Shown here: piece by piece, positions 57,343 to 64,000 of the stretch | Position numbering within the stretch: position 1 is the first letter of the stretch | How the letters are laid out: each line of letters starts with the position of its first letter | Assembly (NCBI GenBank): GCA_937910235.1 | Contig: CALENB010000254.1 | Location: 9,690-73,689, forward strand | From: an uncultured Myxococcales bacterium | GTDB taxonomy: Bacteria > Myxococcota_A > UBA9042 | Length of the DNA stretch: 64,000 nt | Direction: 5' to 3' | Position numbers and translations under genes: made by a program | The notes under the pieces: generated by a model | The model's database searches: none | What the model saw: the letters and a program-made list of their open reading frames with translations, nothing else | What the model was told of the DNA's origin: nothing

Positions 57343-57514
57343 GGCTAAGGTCGCTCCTGGGAAGGACGGGGGATCCGTGGGTGGGAGCATCGTCGCGCCG
57401 GCCAGGGCGGTCAAACGTAATCGCCGCCGACGCCCCCTCCGGCGCATCGCGATCTGTGAACAGTGACGACCCGATGGGTGTTTGATAGAAGTCGTGCTGC
57501 CCAAGGAGAAGACT

Positions 57515-60500
57515 ATGCGCTCAGTGACCCCTCGACTACCCCATGTTCGCTCTCACGTGCCCCTGTTCTGCCTCGTGGCTGCGATGCTGATCGCTCCGGG
57601 TTGCGGCGACACGGACGGCGACACCGGCGACGCGCTGACGCTCCCCGGTGACGCGGCAGGCGACGGCGTGGCGTTCGACGGCGTCACGTTCGACGGTGGC
57701 TGTCCGAACGCCTGTGACGACAAGAACCCGTGCACGGACGACTTCTGCAACGCCGGGGTGTGCAGCAATCCGGCCAACAAGGCGACATGCGACGACGGCG
57801 ACGCGTGCACCGGCGGCGACCGCTGTAACGCCGGCGGCTGCGTCGGCAATACCAACCTGTGCGGCGACGCGGGCAGCGACGCGACGGACTCGGGTGACGC
57901 GGGCACAACCGACGCCGTGACTGGGCCACCGTTGAAGGCTGGCGATCTCACGATCACCGAGATCCTCTACAACCCTTACGGCGACGGCAAGGTCAGCGAC
58001 GGCGATGGTGAGTGGTTCGAGATCCGCAACGACAGCGGCAAAAACCTCGATCTTACGGGCTTGGTGATCCGCGACGACAAGAACGACAGCTACACGGTGA
58101 AGGGCACAAACACCCAGATCGCGGACGGCGCCTACTTCGTGTTTGGACGCAACGATGACAAGACACGCAACGGCGGCGTGGTGATCGATCACGTCTACGG
58201 CGCGGCGATCAACTTGGCGAATTCGCTCGACGCGCTGGTGCTGGAGAGCAACGGTGTCCTGATCGACAAGGTGCTGTGGGACAAGAGCAAGGGCTGGCCG
58301 TCGCTGAGCGGCAAGGCGATGCAGCTCAACAACAACACCAGCACGGCGACCGACAACGACGTGGCGACGGCGTGGTGCGCTGCGACCGAGATCTTCGGCG
58401 CAGGAGACGCTGGCACACCCGGAGCCGCCAACGGGACCTGCGACGCGAAGGACCAGGACAAGGACGGCATCATCGACAGCAAGGACAACTGCCCAGCGGT
58501 GGCGAATCCGACGCAATCGGACGGGGACAAGAACGGCGTGGGCGATGCGTGCGAGCCTGACGCGATCCCCGGCTGCGGCGACAACGTGCTGGTGCAGTCG
58601 GAAGCGTGCGACGACGGCAATCTGTTCAGCGGGGATGGCTGCAGCAAGTACTGCCAGCTCGAGGCCGAGTTTGGCGCAGGCGACTTGGTGATCACGGAGG
58701 TGCTGCCCAACCCCGCGACCGTCAGCGATGACGATGGCGAGTGGGTGGAGGTCTACAACGCGACGGACAAAGATCTCACGATCAACGGGCTGCGCGTGCA
58801 GGTGGGGACGGACAAGCCGTTCTGGAAGGCGGTGGTGTCGACCAAGCCGGTTGTGGTGAAGGCCAAGGGCTACGTCGTGCTGGGCTCGAACCTCGACGCG
58901 GCGACCAACGGCGGCGCGCCCGTCGATGCGACGTACGGCAAGCTCACGATCGGCAACACCGCCGCCACGCTGAGCCTGGTGAGCCGGCATGCCGACAAGA
59001 CGACCGTGCCGGGCGCGACTGACACGTATGTGGTGGTGGACACCATGGCGTGGGACAAGACCTGGAACGTGAAGGCCGGTATCTCCCTGAGCCTCGATCC
59101 AACCCAGACCACCGCCGCGGGCAACGACGGCAAGACCAACTGGTGCCGCGGCCAGTCCGTGTTCGGCGCGGGCGACCTGGGCAGCCCGGGCAAAGCGAAC
59201 CCATCGTGTGCGGGCTGGCTCGATGACGCGGACAACGACGGCGTGCCGGACGGTGTCGACAACTGCAAGCAGATCAAGAACCACTTCCAGACAGACAGCG
59301 ACAAGGACGGGCTCGGCGACGCGTGCGACAACTGCCCGACCAAGGCCAACGCCGACCAGAAAGACGGTAACGCGGATGGCATCGGCGACGCCTGCGAGAA
59401 GGTCTACTGCGGCAACGGCGTGAAGGATGGCGATGAGGTCTGCGACGACGGCAACGCGATCCCTGGCGATGGCTGCACGCCCGGCTGCAACTTCGAAACA
59501 CCGCTGGATGCAGGCGACGTCGTGGTCACGGAGTTGATGCTCGACGCGACCGCAGTCACCGACGCAGACGGCGAGTGGATCGAGCTCTACAACACGACCG
59601 ACAAGACGCTCGACCTGAACGGCGTGGAGCTGCGCAGCGAGAAGAAGGTGCACGTCATCAACGCTGGGACGGCCAAGGTCCCGCTCGCGCCGAAGAGCTA
59701 CTTGGTGGTGGGGCTCAACGCCGACAAGACCAAGAACGGCGGCGTCGTGATGGCCTATGGCTACAGCGCGATCGTGCTCACCAACAGCAAAGGGGTCGTG
59801 GAGCTGTGGTGGGGCAAAACGCTCGTCGACCGGGTCGCGTACACCAACGGCGCTGGCGGCTGGCAGAAGTTCGTCACGGGCAGCAGCCAGCAGCTTTCGT
59901 CCGACAAAATCAACGCGATCGCAAACGACGAGGGCAGCGCCTGGTGCAAAAGTAAGGTCAGCTTTGGCGCTGGAGACAAGGGCACGCCCGGTGGCGCCAA
60001 CGTGATCTGCCCGCCCGACAAGGACGCCGATGAGGCGCCGGACGCGACAGACAACTGCCCGAATCTGGCCAACGCCAACCAGAGCGACAGTGACAAGGAC
60101 GGCATCGGCAACGCGTGTGACAACTGCCCGACCAAGGCGAACGTCGACCAGAAAGACAGCGACAACGACGGGGTGGGCGACGCCTGTGTGCAGCTTCCGC
60201 AGGCCAAGTGCGGCGACGGCAAGATGGAGCTCGACGAGCACTGTGATGACGGCAACACGAAGGGCGGCGATGGCTGCTCGGCGGCGTGCACCCTCGAGCC
60301 GGCGAAGCTCGCGACCGGCGCGCTGATCATCACCGAGTTCATGGCGGACAGCCAGGCGGTCTCCGACGGCGATGGCGAGTGGATCGAGATCTACAATCCG
60401 GGCGCCGCCGACATCGACCTTGAGGGGTTCATGATCGCCGATGAGGTGACGGTGACCGGGCACGTGATCTTGGCGGACGGCAAGGGCGTCATCGTCCCGG

Positions 60501-61624
60501 CTGGCGACTACGTCGTGCTGGCGAGCAACGTGTCCAAAACCAACAACGGTGGCGTCGTAGCGGCGTATGGTTGGAGCGGTTTTGGGCTCAACAACGGCGG
60601 CGACACGATCGCGCTGATGAACCCGGATGGCAGCGTGATCGACACGTTTAACTATAGCTCCGGTGCGCAGGGGTGGCCGAAGGGCGCTAGCGGCGTAGCG
60701 ATGCACCTCAACAGCAGCAAGCTCAACGCGACCGACAACGACGTCGGCGCCAACTGGTGCTTGGCGACGGCGACGTATGGCAAGGGTGACAAAGGCACGC
60801 CTGGCTCGCCAAACGTCGGCTGTGTGACGACGCCGGTGCCCGTGTGCGGCGACGGTAAGAAGGAGGGCGACGAGGCGTGCGACGACGGCAACACCAAGGA
60901 CGGCGATGGTTGCTCCGCGAAGTGCGTCGTGGAGGTCGTCAGCGCCAAGCAGTCGGGCGAGGTGGTCATCACGGAGATCTTGTTTGACCCGAACGCGGTG
61001 ACAGACGCCAACGGCGAGTGGTTCGAGGTCTACAACCCGGGCGACAAGGCGGTCGATCTCAACGGCTGGCAGGTGGAGGACAAGGACGTCGGCGGCCTGC
61101 CGATGGCTGTGACCGGTACGAAGTTGCTGCTGCCGGCGAAGGGCTTCTTGGTGCTGGCGATCAAAGACGACGTCACCGTGAACGGCGGGGTGGCGGCGGC
61201 GTACGCGTATGGCAGCAAAATCGCGCTGTCCAACGCGAGCAGCGGCGGTCGGATCGCGTTGTTGAAGGCCGACGGCACGCTCGTGGACGAAGTGAAGTAC
61301 GAGACCACCGCCGGCAAGCTCGGGTGGCCTGGCAAGGTCGCCGGCGTGGCCATTCAGCTCGCCAACGGCCAGCGGACGGCGATCGGCAACGACGCGGGCG
61401 CGGCGTGGTGCTTGGCGAGCAAGACTTTTGGCAAGGGCGACAAAGGTACGCCCGGCGCCCTGAACGACGCGAGCTGTGGCGCAGCTACCCCGCCGCCGCC
61501 GCAGTCGAACAGCGCCGGTGCGTGGCAGGGGGTTCCGAGTCAGTTCAAGGCGGAGGCGGAGCTGTGGGCGCAGCTGCTGTGGTGGATCATTCAGCAGCGC
61601 TGGCAGCCCGGATTTCCGGCCTGA
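57515..61624 (+). CDS. giant modular lipoprotein with 5 x lamin-tail domain (LTD), TSP type-3 Ca-binding repeats and myxobacterial Cys-rich repeats
   Basis: AAGGAGAAG precedes the ATG at 57515. Lipobox LIAPGCG. LTD cores: LTITEILYNP..DGEWFEIRN, LVITEVLPNP..DGEWVEVYN, VVVTELMLD..DGEWIELYN, LIITEFMAD..DGEWIEIYN, VVITEILFDP..NGEWFEVYN. TSP3: D.D.DG..D..DNCP...N..Q.D.D.DG.GD.C. Cys repeat: CGDG....E.CDDGN...GDGCS..C. Confidence 0.85.
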   Translation: MRSVTPRLPHVRSHVPLFCLVAAMLIAPGCGDTDGDTGDALTLPGDAAGDGVAFDGVTFDGGCPNACDDKNPCTDDFCNAGVCSNPANKATCDDGDACTGGDRCNAGGCVGNTNLCGDAGSDATDSGDAGTTDAVTGPPLKAGDLTITEILYNPYGDGKVSDGDGEWFEIRNDSGKNLDLTGLVIRDDKNDSYTVKGTNTQIADGAYFVFGRNDDKTRNGGVVIDHVYGAAINLANSLDALVLESNGVLIDKVLWDKSKGWPSLSGKAMQLNNNTSTATDNDVATAWCAATEIFGAGDAGTPGAANGTCDAKDQDKDGIIDSKDNCPAVANPTQSDGDKNGVGDACEPDAIPGCGDNVLVQSEACDDGNLFSGDGCSKYCQLEAEFGAGDLVITEVLPNPATVSDDDGEWVEVYNATDKDLTINGLRVQVGTDKPFWKAVVSTKPVVVKAKGYVVLGSNLDAATNGGAPVDATYGKLTIGNTAATLSLVSRHADKTTVPGATDTYVVVDTMAWDKTWNVKAGISLSLDPTQTTAAGNDGKTNWCRGQSVFGAGDLGSPGKANPSCAGWLDDADNDGVPDGVDNCKQIKNHFQTDSDKDGLGDACDNCPTKANADQKDGNADGIGDACEKVYCGNGVKDGDEVCDDGNAIPGDGCTPGCNFETPLDAGDVVVTELMLDATAVTDADGEWIELYNTTDKTLDLNGVELRSEKKVHVINAGTAKVPLAPKSYLVVGLNADKTKNGGVVMAYGYSAIVLTNSKGVVELWWGKTLVDRVAYTNGAGGWQKFVTGSSQQLSSDKINAIANDEGSAWCKSKVSFGAGDKGTPGGANVICPPDKDADEAPDATDNCPNLANANQSDSDKDGIGNACDNCPTKANVDQKDSDNDGVGDACVQLPQAKCGDGKMELDEHCDDGNTKGGDGCSAACTLEPAKLATGALIITEFMADSQAVSDGDGEWIEIYNPGAADIDLEGFMIADEVTVTGHVILADGKGVIVPAGDYVVLASNVSKTNNGGVVAAYGWSGFGLNNGGDTIALMNPDGSVIDTFNYSSGAQGWPKGASGVAMHLNSSKLNATDNDVGANWCLATATYGKGDKGTPGSPNVGCVTTPVPVCGDGKKEGDEACDDGNTKDGDGCSAKCVVEVVSAKQSGEVVITEILFDPNAVTDANGEWFEVYNPGDKAVDLNGWQVEDKDVGGLPMAVTGTKLLLPAKGFLVLAIKDDVTVNGGVAAAYAYGSKIALSNASSGGRIALLKADGTLVDEVKYETTAGKLGWPGKVAGVAIQLANGQRTAIGNDAGAAWCLASKTFGKGDKGTPGALNDASCGAATPPPPQSNSAGAWQGVPSQFKAEAELWAQLLWWIIQQRWQPGFPA

Positions 61625-61654
61625 CAGCGAGGAGACCGAGGGCGCGTCACGAAC

Positions 61655-62416
61655 CTAGCGCCGATGGTCGCGACGGATGAGCTGCACGATGTGGCGCGCC
61701 CGCCAGGCCTGATGTTCGGTCAGGGCGGCGCTTTGACGCAGCAACGCCTCTTCCATGGTTCGCACGCAGCGACCATCAGCGAGCGTGGCGAGACAATCCA
61801 GGGCGGTCTCAACGCCAGCAAACGCCAGCTCCGGGGCCCGATCGCGCAGCTGCTGTGCGATGGCGTCCTGAAGTTCACCGAGCCCGAGGCGCGCGGCGAC
61901 AGTCATCGCGAGCAGCGACAATGGGATGTCACCGGCGACGATGGCGCGGGCGATCAAGCCGCTCAAGGGACCGTGGTTCGCCGCGGTCGCGTCGCCGTCG
62001 GCCTGGCGAAGGCTCTCCAGCACCGCCCACGTGGCATGGACGTCCGTTGCGGAGAGCGCCTCGGCGTGTCTGCGGAGGCCCAGCGCGGTGACGAGGTCGG
62101 CCAGGTTGACGTCCGACAGCGTCGTGACGATCTGCGCGGCGCGCTGGCTGCGCTGCCCGGCGGACTGCTGTAGATGAAGGGGCTCAGGGCGGGGCGGCGC
62201 GACCGGCTCAGAGGCCAGAAAGTCGGGCAGATCGTCGCCGCCAAAGAGATCATCGCTGCCAAAGAGGTCATCGCCGCCGCAAAGATCACCGCCGCCGACG
62301 CGATCATCGCCGCCCAGCAGATGGAGCGCCGCCGCACCAGTCACAGCCGCACCAGTCGCAGCCGGCACCCCTGACGCGATGAATGCTAGGAGGTCATCGA
62401 GCTCTTGCGGCGCCAT
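61655..62416 (-). CDS. hypothetical protein with N-terminal acidic (G)DDLF(G) repeats and a helical C-terminal domain
   Basis: ..GGDDRVGGGDLCGGDDLFGSDDLFGGDDLPDFL... GAGAGG lies upstream of the ATG. It sits 33 nt downstream of the TGA-containing gene on the same strand. Confidence 0.6.
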   Translation of the reverse strand: MAPQELDDLLAFIASGVPAATGAAVTGAAALHLLGGDDRVGGGDLCGGDDLFGSDDLFGGDDLPDFLASEPVAPPRPEPLHLQQSAGQRSQRAAQIVTTLSDVNLADLVTALGLRRHAEALSATDVHATWAVLESLRQADGDATAANHGPLSGLIARAIVAGDIPLSLLAMTVAARLGLGELQDAIAQQLRDRAPELAFAGVETALDCLATLADGRCVRTMEEALLRQSAALTEHQAWRARHIVQLIRRDHRR

Positions 62417-62449
62417 CTTGCCTCTCGGTCCGAGCCACGACGCGCGCCG

Positions 62450-63859
62450 CTAGTGCCCCGGCTTGCTCGGGTACTTCTTCTTGAACTTGGCGATCACCCG
62501 CACGACGCGCTTGTCGTCGTCGATCTCGCTGTTGAGCGGATGCATCGTCAGGCGCACGCGGCCAGCACCAGCAGGCGTCTTGACGTCGCCCGACAGCTCC
62601 AAATCGACCCGCTGCTGCTTGGCGCGCATCCGCGCTAGCTCGCGCTCCATGATCTTGCGGGACTGCGCCGTCAGCTGCACCGGAGAGCCCGGTTTGTCGG
62701 CGTTCTGCAGCTGTTCGCTGAGCTCGACCACCTGCGTGCGCAAGTTGGCCGACTGCTGCCGCAAGCTCGCCTTGAGATCCGCCGCCACCCATCGCTTGGG
62801 GTCGCTGCCTGGCGTCAGCACGATCTCGCCGTTGTACTTACCTTTCGTGAACGTATCGGCGAAATAGCCATCGCCGAGCCCAGCGATCTGCAACGTCAGC
62901 CCCATCGACGCGCTACCCAGCACCAAGTCGATACCTTTCACCTTCTCGCCCAGCAGATCGACCTCGCGCTGCCGCAGCGCCGACAGGCAGATCACCAGCT
63001 GGGCGCCGTTGCTTCGCAGCACACGAACCGCCGCCGCCGCCGCCTTGATGGGATCGTTCACCGCGAGCTCCCGTTTGGCGAAGAGCTCCCCGAGGGCCTC
63101 GGGAGCCGCCGTGACCAGCCCGAAGATGCCCACCTTCATGCCCCCGATCTGCCGCAGGACTGCGGGCTGAAACGTCGGTTTACCGGTCTTTTTGTCGACG
63201 ATGTTGGCGCTGACGAGCTGCAGCTTGTGACGCTTCGCGAGCTTCAGCAGCGTCTGTGGCGGCAGCACCATCTCATGTTCACCCACATTGAGCGCGACGT
63301 AGCCCATCGCTCGAAATGCGCCGAAGAACGCCTCCGCCCGCATCGTAGTTTTGGCCAGCTCCTCGCCATGAAAACGAGGGTTGGCCACAAGCCAGCCGCC
63401 CGTATCCACCGCGAGGGCGCCGAGAAAGCGGCTCTTTCGCTGATTCATCCACTGGGATCGCCGGGCAAGACCGCCCAACGGGTTACGCGCTCAACCGCAC
63501 GGGTCGGTCTCGGCGATCGCGTTGCCTGAAAACCACACGGCGAGGCTGCGCTTGTCCTCCGCTGCGGTGGGCGCGGGCGGGGCCGCCTCCAGACGCGCCC
63601 CCGCGGCGGCCGCGTTGGCGCCAGCTGCGTGCGCCATGGGTAAGGGGAGGCGGTCGTCTGGCTTGAGCTTGTCTGCCCGATCCACGAGGGACGCTTGATT
63701 GCGCAAGGCCGCGTCGAGCTTCGTGTCCAGCAACCGTGGCTGCACCACTTTGACGGCGCTGACGGGCGCGGGCGTGGTCGGCTGCTGACAGCCCCAGATG
63801 CCCATAGAGATGGTCAACATCGCGGCGAGCGTGCCGGCGATGAGCGTTCGCTTGTTCAT
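62450..63859 (-). CDS. lipoprotein with a degenerate metallophosphoesterase/5'-nucleotidase-like domain, containing an in-frame TGA (63491-63493): candidate selenoprotein or pseudogene
   Basis: GAGGAG lies 8 nt before the ATG at 63859. Lipobox TISMGIWGC. Two track ORFs share one frame and are separated only by TGA: ..AIAETDPCG-TGA-ARNPLGGLARR... Motif remnants: VWFSGN, AVDTGG, NVGEHE. Confidence 0.6.
63459..63480 (-). other. candidate bacterial SECIS hairpin
   Basis: mRNA sense: UGA, then 10 nt, then CGUUGGGC-GGUCUU-GCCCGGCG. The stem is 8 bp including two G.U pairs, which are C.A mismatches on the opposite strand. The loop contains GGUC, as in E. coli fdhF. Confidence 0.5.
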
Positions 63860-64000
63860 CGTTGTGGTCTCCTCACGGGCACGCCGGCCCGCGCTTCGCG
63901 CCGGAGCATAGTGGTTCGGCCGCAGGCAGGCTAGATGTAGCGCCAGCAATTGACCGGCCTCAGGTCCGTCGCTACCTTCCGCGCCAGCGTCCACCTTGTC

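Noticed and set aside
57536-60706. 1056-aa minus-strand ORF opposite the LTD giant
   Set aside because: This is an antisense shadow ORF of a repeat-rich GC-rich gene. The product is Arg/Val/Ala/His-rich with no motifs, whereas the plus-strand frame has clear LTD/TSP3/Cys-repeat domains.

Overview
This is a GC-rich bacterial chromosomal segment, roughly 68-70 % GC by eye. The gene content suggests Myxococcota: Cys-rich 'CGDG..CDDGN..GDGC' repeats, lamin-tail/TSP3 giant lipoproteins and many lipobox proteins. That taxonomic call is an inference.

The core, 34.2-51.9 kb on the minus strand, is a str-S10-spc-alpha ribosomal supercluster: rpsL-rpsG-fusA-rpsJ-rplD-rplW-rplB-rpsS-rplV-rpsC-rplP-rpmC-rpsQ-rplN-rplX-rplE-rpsH-rplF-rplR-rpsE-rplO-secY-adk-rpmJ-rpsM-rpsK-rpsD-rpoA-rplQ. 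It is conspicuously incomplete. There is no rplC, tuf, rpsN, map or infA at their canonical slots, and only a doubtful remnant sits in the rpmD slot.

The left arm carries a GNAT, an SspB-like adaptor, a GT4/heparinase-like/WecA-like glycan trio, xerD-like, mutS, a translationally coupled recD2 + RNB-nuclease pair, an AlgH-like gene, a divergent RelA/SpoT-fold gene and lipB. It continues with a triple-DsbA lipoprotein, a ~12 % Cys lipoprotein, an AsnB-like pseudoenzyme, a coupled three-gene ABC/FtsX operon whose permease carries an 18-Cys periplasmic insert, then rluB, lnt and a pseudo-receiver OmpR-type regulator.

The right arm carries a 5'-3' exonuclease, the MBL-hpt-UPRT-yggS-TPR operon and a 1369-aa lipoprotein built from five [Cys-repeat - lamin-tail domain - TSP3] modules.

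The most unusual item is also on the right arm: a lipoprotein gene interrupted by an in-frame TGA, followed 10 nt later by an fdhF-like SECIS hairpin (candidate selenoprotein).

I recognised no rRNA, tRNA, CRISPR array or transposase.
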